Shown here: positions 52,282-64,000 of the stretch, one piece after another
Layout: each line of letters starts with the position of its first letter
Position numbering within the stretch: the first letter of the stretch is position 1
NCBI RefSeq assembly: GCF_009914755.1
Contig: NC_060926.1
Source: the human T2T-CHM13v2.0 reference genome, Homo sapiens
Strand: one strand, 5' to 3'
Length of the DNA stretch: 64,000 nucleotides
The notes under the pieces: model-generated
Database searches by the model: none
What the model saw: the letters and a program-made list of their open reading frames with translations, nothing else
Told to the model about the DNA's origin: nothing
Position numbers and translations under genes: made by a program

Positions 52282-54102
52282 GTCTTGTGATTTGTTTGTT
52301 CCTCCTCAGAAGGAGGAATTTGACTACAGAATCCATCATTCTATCAACAAATGCTGATCACATGTTTGTGCCCAGTGCAGTCCCTGCTTAATGAAAACTT
52401 GCTGTTCTTCTTAGAAAGTGCTATCCATGAAAAAGTTGTGATCGATCCAAGGTGGTTTGTTATCAGGTTCTGATTTGGTGGTCTACACTATGTGAGAAGG
52501 GTAGGAGGTGGGTGAAACCTAGAAGGAAAAAGCATTAGGCTTTTCCTAATGCATAGGCTGAGGAGAGGTTGCATCTTAGTTGTAAAGACTTTGGAGGATG
52601 AAGAAGAGTTAGACATAAATAAGATAGAGAGGAGAGCATCATAGACCTTCAAGGGATCATTTTTTTTTCAGCTGGGATGTGCTATGAACAAACAGGAGAA
52701 GCGACTTTGGGAGACAGTGTGGACTGGATTACAAAGGGCTTTGATTGTTGGAAAATACCTGATATAAGAGGATTTTTGGCTTTGTATGGTAGGCAATGAG
52801 AAGGCATTGCTGATTTTGACCCAATCCCTGAAAATCAGCGGAATTAGCATGATATTTTTGTAAGAAGCTTTGGCTAAAGCCATGACAGAGAGAAAACTGA
52901 ATGAAAGTTTAAAATTAAGTTTTGGGAGATTTATCAGTTAACTTTAAACAATGTTAATCCATCTAGTTTTCAGAGATGGCAGAGAATTAGCTTCATGTCA
53001 TTTTCCTCCTTTTTATCTTGCCCCTTTGTACGTTCATTGATAGGAGATTTGCATTTGAAAAGTTTTATTATACATTCCAGTAGGAAAATTGTACATTGTT
53101 GATAAATGTATCTTTTATAATCCTTGCTGTTATTGGAACGCTGCTAATTTTATTAACACTTTCTCAAAGGAAAAATAAAAGTGAAATAAATGCCTGTGCA
53201 ACCCCTTCATTATCTTGTCTGCCCTTGCCTCACTTGCTTTGCTGAAATTCTAATGGGAGAAAAAGGGGGCTGCCCAGTAATTTTCTTTTCCTCTGACATT
53301 TCAGCCCTCCTCCAGTTCACTGCTGTAATGAAAATTGGCAGCTTTTGAGAAAAACAGTAACCATTTTGAGGAGAGCACCTGCTACATGGACCATAAACAG
53401 CACAAGAACCTCTCCAGCCCAAATATGATGCCATTCTTCAAATGTATTAGAGAAAACCCTGTTAGATTGTCAGAGGTCAGTCAGTCTAAGCACAGGAGGT
53501 GGGCTGAACATTCTGTCCCAAATGTCTTATCATCCATAATGGTGCTCACAATGATCAGAAGTTTTCAAATTAAGGGCAATAATGTCCCAAGGTCATTATC
53601 ATTTCTCTTTGGACTTTTCAGCAAGAAGTTAGGGCACCAGGTGACCTAACAGAATTAACATCAAAGACTATTAGGTTTTCACTCAGTTTTTTTATTTCTT
53701 TTTATAGAATGTTCCATTCAGCAGTAGTTAAAACAACTTCAAATTGATTTGCCTTGAAGGATGAATAAAGTGTGACTTTATTGCCACAAGCATAGTATTT
53801 TAACTATACCAGTTCAATGTTGAAGTTTGAAGGCACAATCTTAGGTTCCTTTTTATTGCAGCAATGGGACATTTGCTCAGAATCTGATAGCAATTCTCCT
53901 TTGGGAATTTCTCTGAGACAGTCAATAAAACACATAAAATAATCATGCTGTTTTCTCTTAAACCTTACATGATTATCACCCAACAGTGTCACCTACAGTG
54001 TTTACCGGTTTTGCTCTGTGTGACTTCTGGCTGTCCCCTAAGTAAGCTCCGCTCTGAAAGCACAAGGCTCTGTCATTATTGAAGATAATCAAGAATGTAC
54101 TC

Positions 54103-54331
54103 TAGGTGGGAATTGAACAATGAGAACATATGGACACAGGAAGGGGAACATCACACTCTGGGACTGTTGTGGGGTGGGGGGAGGGGGGAGGGATAGCATT
54201 GGGAGATATACCTAATGCCAGATGACGAGTCAGTGGGTGCAGTGCACCAGCATGGCACATGTATACATATGTAACTAACCTGCACATTGTGCACATGTAC
54301 CCTAAAACTTAAAGTATAATAATAAAAAAAA
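54103..54331 (+). mobile_element. Short 5'-truncated young L1 (L1PA2-like 3'UTR)
   Basis: ataggtgggaattgaacaatgagaac-type start, G-rich tract, gcattgggagat, gatgacGAGt (neither ACA nor ACG), aacttaaagtataataataaaaaaaa. Confidence 0.93.
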
Positions 54332-54397
54332 TCCCTTAAGAAATTTTATTCCAATTGATTTAAATAAATGAGTGCTCATATAAAATAAAATAAAAAA
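54332..54397 (+). other. Putative L1 3'-transduced segment with its own AATAAA and second A-tail
   Basis: Non-L1 ~50 bp lies inside the TSD pair aagaatgtactc (54091-102 / 54398-409). AATAAA at 54363-68. Confidence 0.8.
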
Positions 54398-54569
54398 AAG
54401 AATGTACTCAAGGCTAGAATGGAAATTTCAAAAGTGGGTCCCTAGGGGATTTTTATGAATGGTAACATCATTGGAACAGTGTCATATTTCAAGATGACAA
54501 ATTTAAACAAGAAAATATGCAACTAAGTGTACATATTCTTGATATAGTAATCAACAGCATAGGATTTGG

Positions 54570-54665
54570 AGCCAGATAAACTGTGTTTAAATTCTGGTTC
54601 TGCTACCTTGGAGAAGTCATTAGCTATGAGAATTTCAGATTCTGCAGGGGGACAATGGGTATTGA
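54570..54665 (+). mobile_element. MIR 5' part
   Basis: tttggagccagataaactgtgtttaaattctggttctgc...ccttggagaagtcatt. Confidence 0.65.
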
Positions 54666-54678
54666 AATATCTTTTTTG

Positions 54679-54908
54679 GGTTGGGCGCAGTGGCTTACGC
54701 CTGTAATTCCAGCACTTTGGGAGGCCAAGGTAGGTGGGTCACCTGATTTCAGGAGTTTGGGACCAGCCTGGCCAACATGGTGAAACCCTGTCTCTACTAA
54801 AAATACAGAAATTAGCTGGGCGTGGTGGCAGGTGCCTGTAATCCCAGCTACTTGGAAGGCTGAGGCAGGAGAATCGCTGGAAACCAGGAGGCGGAAGTTA
54901 CAGTGAGC
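54679..54908 (+). mobile_element. AluSx-like element lacking its 3' end and A-tail
   Basis: Alu sequence runs from ggttgggcgcagtggc to gttacagtgagc, then stops abruptly. Confidence 0.93.
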
Positions 54909-55900
54909 GTTGATTTACTTCCCATTCCCTAAAACTTTATGGCTTCCTCATCAAACGAGACAGGTTGCTTTCTATCTCTTAGACGGTAAATATGGTTAAT
55001 GTGCTGAGCAGTGTTGCACCCACTCTCAGGCACTTTGTTAGGAACAAGAGTTATTTAGTGACTCTTCCTAAATAAGGATTAAGTTAACTGGAATTAAACT
55101 ACATGACATCTATGTACATATATGCATAGCTGCATACCTATTTATATATTCATCCATCCATTCATCCCTGTCTCACATGGCAAGGGCCTGATAAATGGTA
55201 GTTATTGTTACTAATGCAAGAAGAGTCATTGTGATCCTTCCTGTTCTCTAAGATCTAAACTTCTTGGGTGGCTCCATTGGTTGCTCTTCTTTTTTCCTCC
55301 CTCTCCTCTTCTATCGTCTTATCCCTTCATAAGTCAGTCTTCTCACACTTGTCATCATTTCTCTCTATCTTTTTTTTTGGTCGATCTCTCATAAATCCCT
55401 TCTCTCATAAATGAAGACCTGGCCTGCTTCTCTAGCATGGAGACGGAATGAGGATGAGCAGTCTGTGGACTCCACTTGGGCTTTATCACTTTCATGCTGA
55501 GCTGGACATTTACTCAGTCTCCTTGGCAAACAGGGGCAAGTTTGAATATTCTCTGCCCGCTTTTGGTCTTCTATAGAGGGACTGCTCCTCTGAGGGGAGG
55601 TGTACAGCCTCCTTCTGCTCCCGTCCCAGCTTCTCTATCTCAAGCACTTTTCTTTCCACCAAGAATGAGGGAGAATACACCAATCCTGCTGAAATTAGAC
55701 ACTTTCTTCTATTTCTGGAGTTAATGAAATATTAAGACTGTGGTTGTCAACCTGGGTGTTTAGACATCCTAGAGAGAAAAATCAGGATTTCTCTGAGGAA
55801 GGGACAGGTGGGTTGAAAAGCACATTCACTATTATAGTACTACTTTAAGACTAAGTCAAAACCAAATAAAACCAAACACTGATTTCTTAAATAAAACTGC

Positions 55901-55922
55901 AAAAAAAAAAAAAAAAAAAAAA
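55901..55922. repeat. A22 homopolymer
   Basis: Seen directly. Confidence 0.97.
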
Positions 55923-56694
55923 GCCCTCGGAAGATAGACTTTATCTTTGGAGCAATATAGATTATCAGTAGGAGGGTTTAGTATTCAATTATTCTTTTTG
56001 TTTTTTGAGGAGGAACTGCATAGAGAATATTCACCAAACAGAGAATACATTTTTAAAAAGTACAAACACTGATGAGAAATACTGTTTATGGAGTTAGCAA
56101 AACAGTCGTCACAACCCAAGCAAGACAGCCTGACCTGGAGGCTCCTAGGAGACCCGTTTCTATTTAATGAGAAGCTGGTCTAAGAGAAACCAACTGAGAT
56201 TCACATGCCCATTGTATTTGTTTGGGGCATTTTAATTTGATGTTTATCTGCCCATTACAGAAAATTCACATGAAGTCTCAATCATAATAAGCACCACTTT
56301 TTTACTTCAATAAGTAGAATTAACAATCCCTGTGTGAACTGGATATATGAAATTGATGATAACCTTCCTTGGGTTTTTCTATTATTTGCCCCAATGTTAT
56401 TGGCTATTTCATCATACTTTAGGAAAAGTGGAACTGCTGGCCAAACTCATAACCGTAAAACCCTCTAGTTTCACTCAAGTGAATCTCCCAATATTGATAC
56501 TTTGGATATTCAGCTTTGAATATTACATCTTACCTACATAATAACATATAATCAATTGTTTATTTTTATCAAAAGGCAGACAAGTATTTGGCACAGGCAT
56601 AAATTCCAGAAAACACCAGCTTTTGATTGTAACTCTTCTGACTGACTTTGTATGCTGCCCTTTGCTTGAAATACCTTATGCGGAGTAAACATGA

Positions 56695-56910
56695 AGAAAG
56701 CATGGTGTAGTGGAAACAATGTTGAATGTAAATAAGCATGGGTTTGAACCTCAGCTCTGACACATAATAGCTGGGTGAACCTAGATGATATATTTAAATT
56801 TTTTGAGCTTCAGTTTCCTTATCTATTAAATACCTTCTCTACAGATTTGTTGTGAAGGTTGAAGACATGCTTGAAGAGCATCTAGCATTCCTGGTACAAA
56901 GCATGATTCA
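56695..56910 (+). mobile_element. MIR
   Basis: gcatggtgtagtggaa...gggtttgaacctcagctctg...gagcttcagtttccttatctattaaa. Confidence 0.85.
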
Positions 56911-58245
56911 GAAGCTCATTTTTATTTTTATGCACATTGGCTGACTTCTCCAGCTTGAAGTTTAACTGAGTAATATATATACATTCTTACACTGATCCCC
57001 CTCTCACATGTCCTAAAACCTTTGCCCATTGATGTGCATAGTCATAACTCTTACCTGTGTTTACACACAAATTAGTTTTACACATTCATATAACTATATA
57101 CAAATACCCACAAACCCACTCAATTTAAGGTTAGACTGATTCTGCTTTTAGCACCTACTAATAAGACGTGCATAAGGGGATGGGAGGTGGGTCACAGAGC
57201 TTGATGCCACTTTCTACTCAACCCATTGATGCTGATGCTGTGATGCCCAGGAAAGGGAAGCTGAGAGCTGATTGCAGGAGGAGCCTTTGGCCCTGTACTG
57301 GTGTCTGCTCCAGCAGATACAAATGCATTCTAACTGAATTCCAGCTTTTTGGAGTCTCTGACACTGCAGAAAGCCCTACCCTTTGGACCACAAAGTGGTT
57401 GGCATGATATAAAGACAGGGAGGCTGATCTGATGCCAGGCAGAGCTGGGCTGAGAGCTCTTGAACTTCATCAAGTTCTGCTGTGTGTTTTGCATATCTGT
57501 TAAATAGTGTGTAAGCTTGTTAGGGGTAGGACCCATGTCTTCTTGCCGTCCTATTTCCCTGGGAGTTCTTTTTACTCAGGGGAAACGTATTGACCAGAAG
57601 AGGAGGGAGGAGCTGTGGTCTTGTAAGATGGTCAGTTATTGATTGCCACCTGACTGTCAGGTGCTGGCTGTTTAGCTGATTAGCCATCTGGACTCCTCTT
57701 GCTGAGAAAGACATGTCCTTTTTCTGGGCCTTGGTGAGAAAAGCCCTTTCAAGGTCAGGTAGGAGAAGGGAGAAGAGGCAGATGCCAATTACAGTTGTCT
57801 TTGTTAATGACACAGGAGTAAGATTTGGTGAGGTGGCTGGTAAATCTAGCTTTGAAGGTTATGTATAAGAATTACCTAGCGATTATTTTCACAATGAAAA
57901 AACATCTATACTATTTTTTCTGATTCTGTAAATAATACATACTCATTTTAAAAATACTTGTACAATACCAAGAAGTATAAGGAGAAAAGGAGAAATCATC
58001 TGGAATGCCAACATTCTGGGATTACTCGCATTAACATTTGGTGATCTGTTCTTTCATACAACTTTTTATGCATGTGGATCTAGAAATATCTAATTTCATG
58101 TAAATTATAACTGTTTATCAGATTCATAGGCATAGTTTTTCTGTGTGTGTCATATTAAAAGTGGTGTATATGCACTGCTCTACATCTTGCTTTTCTCAGT
58201 TAACATTTTGGAAATTTCTTCATGTTAACCAGTATGGATCTAACT

Positions 58246-58848
58246 CATGGTTAACCTCAGCACTATAGGCTCTTTGGGTAGGATAATTCCTTCATTATTT
58301 TACAGTGCACAGGGGCTGTCCCTGGGGCCATCCTGTGTGTTGTCTACAGGGGCTGTTCTATGCATTGTAAAATGTTTAGCAGTACCACTGCTGTCCTGTA
58401 CTTCAGCAGTCCCCAACCTTTTTGGCACCAGGGACTGGTTTCGCGGAAGACAGTTTTTCCACAGATGTGGATGGGGGAGGGGATAGTTTCAGGATGAAAC
58501 TATTTCACCTCAGATCACAGGGCATTAGATTCTCATAAGGAACATGCAACCTGGATCCCTCACATGCACAGTTCACAATAGGGTTCATGCTCCTATGAGA
58601 ATCTAATGCTGCAGCTGATCTGACAGGAGGCATACCTCAGGTGGTTTAGCTCACCAGCTGCTCACCTGCTGTGTGGCCCAGCTGCTAACAGGCCATTGAC
58701 CAGGCCACAGCCTGGGGGTTGAGAACCTCTGTTCTACTTATTAGCATACAGTCACACATCACCCCTGGTTGTGGCAACCAAAAATGTTTACAGACATTGC
58801 CAAATGTTCCTTGGGGGGACAAAAATTTTCCCTGTTTGAGAGCCACTG
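58246..58848. mobile_element. MER20 (hAT-Charlie) interrupted by MER1B
   Basis: ggggctgttctatgcattgtaaaatgtttagcag ... caaccaaaaatgtttacagacattgccaaatgt...gagccactg. 8-bp TSD atctaact/atctgatt. Confidence 0.88.
58404..58731. mobile_element. MER1B (hAT-Charlie)
   Basis: cagcagtccccaacctttttggcaccagggactggttt ... ggggttgagaacctctg. 8-bp TSD ctgtactt/ttctactt. Confidence 0.9.
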
Positions 58849-59239
58849 ATCTGATTTTTTTTCAATAGCTGTATTACATTCCACAGTATGGATCTGCCAC
58901 TTTTAATTCAATAGTTCCTTTCCTAGTGATCATGCAACTTACTCCCAGTATCTTTTTTTGCTGTCAAATTGATTATTTCAATGGGGGCTGCCCTTGGTCC
59001 ATGGTTATCATTTAGGAAGATGAATGTTTTGCAAAGACAAAACTCAGGCTGTATCTTTCTAAATACAATACTGCTGTGATTGGGCTTCATTCACTTTATT
59101 CCTGGGTGAGCCCTCAGAATGACCACAGGCCAGTGAAACTGATGGCAGGGCCTGTGTAGCACTGGGGAGCCCTGTTCCATTTATCATGGGTTCAGGTAGG
59201 TGCTCTTCAGCCCCAAATGGTGGTGGCCAGGTAAGAATG

Positions 59240-59425
59240 TAGGACCTGTGTTAGCAAATAACTTAATTTTCAAGAGAAGCAGAAAATCCATATTTTTATG
59301 TAAAAAGTTCTCCCAACTTTTCACGGATGAAAATGAATTAATTCTTTAGGAAAACATGTGCAGATGAAACAAAACAGATCTCCTGCCCAAATCTGGCCCA
59401 ACAGTGGCCAGTCTGCAATCTCTAG
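59240..59425. mobile_element. MER102-like fragment
   Basis: caagagaagcagaaaatccatatttttatgt...ggccagtctgcaatctcta. Confidence 0.65.
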
Positions 59426-59884
59426 TGTAGATATTTATTATTGAATGTGATCTTCACTTTTCTAGGGTTCAGTTCTTTGAACTGTGAGATGCTTGTGTAA
59501 CTTTTTGGTGGTGAACATTGTGCTTTGATGCACTTTGTCTATAGCAATGTTTGCCTCTCCTCCAAATCCCCATCCTCTCTGAGAGAGAGCTCGTGCTCCT
59601 ATAGTCTGTATTGTCTCCATATCTGACACTGCTTACATAGCCTGGGTGTTGGGGGCTGCTGGCTTACATGTTCTCAGGAGAATCAGAGTCAGTACTGTGT
59701 GATGCCTCAGAGTCTTGGATCTTTGATCTTCAGGACTTTACAGTGCCTAAGGTAGCTCTGTGGGAGGAGGTGTTTACTGGAACTTGGTGGCTTTCAGCAG
59801 CATGGAAGTTATGTGCCTGTTTGGAATCTGCTGTTCATTTAGAGAGTTTGTTGCGAATTTATTACCTGGTTTCTTTCCAGGCAA

Positions 59885-60060
59885 AATGTTAGAACCAGAA
59901 GGGACATTGGAGATCTTTGAATCCTACTGTTTCACTTTGCAACTGGGGAAATTGAGGCTCAGGGAGAGGAAGGAACTTAGCCAAGTCTCCACAGTTGGTC
60001 CCAAGGCAGGGGCAGCACTTCCGGCCCCTTCCTCCCTTTCCAGCATGTCTATGCTACCAC
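59885..60060 (-). mobile_element. MIR3/MIRc
   Basis: ttagaaccagaagggacattggagatc...ggggaaattgaggctcagggagagg. Confidence 0.75.
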
Positions 60061-60953
60061 CTCTGAGTGGGTGGCTTGGGTAGAAATCTTCTTTTTCTGC
60101 TTTGGGTTTTCAGCTAATTTGTCTGGATATCCATGTTTCTATGACCTATTTTTGGGAGGGGACACTTATGTGCTATGCATTTATTTGAGTTTTTGCAGAG
60201 CTAATTACCTCCCCAAGTGTTTGAAGACAACAGCCTTATTCTTTTAAGGCAATGTTTTAAAGATAATAATTTTGTCCTGGGAATAGATTAGAGAAAGATT
60301 TTGTCCTCTAATCTAGCATGAAGACTAGGTTATATCAGATTTTCAGATGCTGCTTCCAATAAATTAAATTTGGAGCTGATGAAGATTTTGAAGACACAGA
60401 AACATGTGATAACTAGCGAGCTTTAAGTGGAATTGGATTGATGGGAAGCTTGTCCTTTCAGTAGGAAATGTGTTGTACCACAGTTTCTATGGACTCAATT
60501 CGCTGGCTCTCTGCACCCACAGCTGCCAACAGCTCTCAGCTGCTGGAGAAAGCAGTCTGAGAGGAATGCCATGTGTTGGAACAGGCATTTATCCCAGTGC
60601 CAACTCTGCTGCCAGGATGCTGTCAGCACAGCCTAAGAAATGCTTCAGGGACTGCCCACCAGCTTGACACCTGGGTTGGCCAAGGTCAAAACCCTCAGGA
60701 ATTTGACTGCTTGTTGGAGACTGCAACAGCAGAAGTGATCCCACAAGAAGAGACATACTGCCCCAACAGAGGACAAAGTGCGTCCCACTAGGAGCCTCAA
60801 GACCTTGGAGTCCCCTAATCCCTTAACTTCTATGAGCCTCAGCCGTCTTTTCTGCAGCACAGGAACAAAAATAAATTGCCTTTTTGATCTCTTAGAGATA
60901 ATATTAAGGTCAGTTTTGTAAACACCGTACCCGCGTATGTGCACATTTGTGTG

Positions 60954-61136
60954 TCTTATGGGTTGAATTGTGTCTCTCCAAAATTCACATGCTGAAGTCT
61001 TAATCCTTAGTACCTCCCCAGTGACCTTATTTGGAAATAGGGTCATTGCATATGCAATTGGTTAAGATTAGGTGATACTGGAGTAGGGTGGGCCGTAATC
61101 CAATATGACTGGTGTCCTTATAAAAAGGAGAAACGT

Positions 61137-61175
<39 letters not shown>

Positions 61176-61358
61176 TAACATGGTGTGAAGATTGAAGGTA
61201 TGCTGCCCAAGCCTAAGAACTACCAGAAGCTAGGAGCAAGACCTAAAGCAGAGCCTTCCCTATACCTTCAGAGGGAGCATGGCCCTGCTGGCACCTTGGT
61301 CATCTAGCCTGCAGAACTATGAGACAGTAAATTTCTGTTGTCTTAGCAAACTAACACA
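60954..61358 (+). mobile_element. MLT1B/C solo LTR with internal (AC)17 at 61139-61172
   Basis: ttatgggttgaattgtgtc...gtgaccttatttggaaatagggtc...cttcagagggagcatggccctgc...gcaaactaacaca. Confidence 0.9.
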
Positions 61359-61674
61359 GTATAAAATATAGTGTATAAATATAGACATACATTCACATGT
61401 AAAAATATTTAAGTGTCAGTAGCAACCTCAACCAACATCTTGGGCCAGTACAACTCTGGTCATGGTAGAGTGTAACGTTAATTGAGTCACAATAGCAGGC
61501 TGGGCTGATGATGAAGCTTAGGTACGTGGATGTGCAGACTAAATAGTAAGATCCCTGAGAGCAGAGACTGTATAGATAGTACTGTCCTTGACATTTTATC
61601 CTGAGCATGCAGCACAACAACTAGCTCATGGGTGGTCTTATTTGTTGAGTGGATTAAAGGTTACGATCATTGCA

Positions 61675-63141
61675 ATTATTATTACTCCAAAAAGAAGGCC
61701 TGAACACATTAAGCAGTCACTCCTCATTCCCTCCAGGCCCTGTCAACAGTGAATGTATTTTCTTTCTCTGTGGACTTGCCTATTCTGGACATTTTATATA
61801 AATAGGATCATATAATATGTGGCCTTTTGTAGCTTGCTTCTTTCAATTATCATAGTGTTTTCAAGATTTATCCAACTGTATTGTGAGCAAGTGATTCATT
61901 CTGTTTTTAGTGCTGAGTAATATTCTGTTTTATGGATAAAGCACATTTTATTTATCCATTCATCAGTTCATGAACATTTGGGTTGTTCCCAATTTGTGGT
62001 TATTTATAAGTAATGCTACTATGAACATTCATGTACAAGTTTTTTGTGAATATTTATGTACAAGTATCCTCTTGGGTATATGCCTAGGAGTAGAATTGCT
62101 GGATAACTCTGTGTTTAATTTTTTGAAGAAGTGCTAAACAATTTTCCACAGTGTGTGCACCATTTTACATTCTCACCAGCAACGCAGAAGGGCTCAAACT
62201 TCATTTTCTCCACTTCTCTGCCCACATTTGTTATTTTCTGTTTTTATTTATTTATTTTTTAAATAGCTGTCCTAGAGGATCTGAAGTATCTACTTGTGGT
62301 TTTGTTGTGCATTTCCTAAAGGATTAGTGATATTAAGCAGCTTTTCATGTGCTTATTGGCCATTTGAATATCTTCTTTGAAGGAATGTCTATTTAAATCC
62401 TTTGCCCATTTTTGAATTGTTTTTAGTTGCAGGAGTTCTTATATATTCTGGATCTTAATCTCTTATCAGATATATGATTTGCAAACATTTTCTCCCATTC
62501 CGTGGGTTTTTAAACTTTTTTGACAATGTCTTTTGATGCACAAAATTTCTTAATTTTTACAAAGTCGAATTTATCTAGTTTTTTTGTTTGCTTATGCTTT
62601 TTGTGACATATTTCAGAAACTATTGCTTAATCTAATATCACGTAGACTTACATCTCTCTTTTCTTCTAAGAGTTTTATAATTTTAGCTCTTATATTTAGG
62701 TCTTTGATTTATTTTGAGTTAATTTCTGTATGTAATGTGAGGTAGGTGCCCAAATCCATTTTTTTTTTTTTGCATGTGGCTATTTTTTCCTGCACCATTT
62801 ATTGGAAGACTATTCTTTCTCCATTGAACAGTCTTGTCCTTCTTGTCAAAAATCAGTTGACCATAGACATGTTAGTTTATTTCTGAACTCTCTCATATAC
62901 ATATATACATATGTGTGTGTATTCCATATATATTGTGTGTGTATTCCATATATACACACACATATGTATATGTATGAGAGAGTTCAGAGATATATGCACA
63001 CACACATAGGTACAAATGTATATATGCTTATGCCAGCATCACATTATTTTGATCGGTATAGCCTTGTAGTAAGTTTTGAAATCAGGAAGTTTGTATCCCC
63101 CAGCTTTGTCCTTTTTTTCAATATTGTTTTGGCCAATGAGG
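61675..63141 (-). mobile_element. L1MB fragment (3'UTR plus ORF2 end) with an internal TA/CA-rich tract
   Basis: ttaagcagtcactcctcattccc; ggacttgcctattctggacatttt; tttgcaaacattttctcccattcc; gtaagttttgaaatcaggaagt. Confidence 0.9.
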
Positions 63142-63399
63142 CTTTCTTAACCATCAGGGATAGCTAGGATTTAGTCAAGCATCTGAGTTTGGCAAATTGA
63201 TTGCAAGATAACTGTCCCCACTCCCCAACATACCCCTTCCCAGAATTGAAGACATCTCTGCCCGTGATAATAGCTCTAACCTAAAAGAGAATCTGGCCAT
63301 ACCAGAACAATGGAGATGTTGGTGATTGAAGTAGCTAGTCACTTTCAGTGTTTTCCTTGGCTTTGTGTCACATTGAAATTCAAATATGTATCATCTCAC

Positions 63400-63550
63400 T
63401 TTATTCTTCAAACATGTACCTGAAGCAGGTAGGGCAAATGTGCTTATGCCCATTGTATAGGTGGGGAAAGTGAGTGCCAGACTCCAAGACTTGTTCAGAT
63501 TACAAAGCTAATTCATAGCATAACAACTACTAGACATCTCTCGGCACTGT
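63400..63550 (-). mobile_element. MIR
   Basis: ttatgcccattgtataggtggggaaagtgag...gacttgttcagattacaaagcta. Confidence 0.6.
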
Positions 63551-63664
63551 ATACTTTTTAGTTTTGAAAAATATGTTTTAAAAATAATTACATGAATTGT
63601 ACATGTTAATTATTATATAAGTAATTATTGCAGATAAGAAGAAACAAAAGAAAACAAGAGAAGA

Positions 63665-64000
63665 TATTTTAGTCTGTTTTTTGTTGCTTTAACAGAATAC
63701 CTGAAACTGGGTAATTTATAAAGAAAAGGAATTTCTTACGGTTATGGAGGCTGAGAAGTCAGAGTCAAAGGGCCATATCTGGTGAAGGCTTTCCTGCTGG
63801 TGGGGACCCTGCAGAGTACTGAGGTGGCCCATGTGAGGGGGCTGTGTGTGCTAGCTCAGGTCTCTCTTCTTATAAGGCCACTGGTCCCATTCCAATGATA
63901 AGCCATTCAGCTATCTACCAATTTATCCATGAATGGATTGACCCATTTATGAGGTCAGAACCCCCATAACCCAATCTCCTCTTAAAGGCCCCACCTCAAT
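63665..64000 (-). mobile_element. MSTB1-like MaLR LTR, running off the window end
   Basis: aacagaatacctgaaactgggtaatttataaagaaaagg...ctagctcaggtctctcttcttataaggcc. Confidence 0.88.

Larger units (their letters stand above)
57905..58960 (-). mobile_element. L1ME 3' fragment split by MER20
   Basis: gtaaataatacatactcatttt...ttgcttttctcagttaacattttggaaat. It resumes with aatagctgtattacattccacagtatgg. Confidence 0.6.

Noticed and set aside
52299-52318. Isolated 8-bp hairpin ttcctcct/aggaggaa; also an imperfect inverted repeat at 25099-25179
   Set aside because: Expected by chance in 64 kb, with no supporting context.
55885-55922. AATAAA followed by A22, suggesting a processed retrocopy tail
   Set aside because: The signal is only ~5 nt from the A-run, and I see no TSD or mRNA-like body. 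It may lie inside a degenerate hAT element (~55738-56071).

Overview
This is primate (very probably human) nuclear DNA. It is intronic or intergenic and rich in old repeats: MIR, L2, L1M, MaLR/ERVL LTRs and hAT/Tigger MITEs, plus four Alus and one young L1PA2-type fragment. I found no credible protein-coding gene, RNA gene, CpG island or CRISPR-like array. The ORF track is explained by chance ORFs and by L1 or Alu remnants. I cannot name the locus, and I see no evidence of a wholly new biological system. The strongest unexplained structure is a set of local templated copying events. One is a 39-bp perfect copy from 2.1 kb away, set in a chain of five short fold-back inverted repeats (48546-48705, resembling an SD-MMEJ/Pol theta scar). 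The others are a 239-bp inverted copy of a neighbouring THE1 LTR, a 74-bp dispersed direct repeat and a 64-bp tandem duplication. Other notable items are an L1PA2 insertion with an apparent ~50-bp 3' transduction (54091-54409), several nested TE insertions with target-site duplications (TSDs), and candidate regulatory clusters (paired NF-kB sites; CRE/T-box/GATA). Repeat subfamily names come from recalled consensus sequences. Boundaries are approximate unless TSDs are given.
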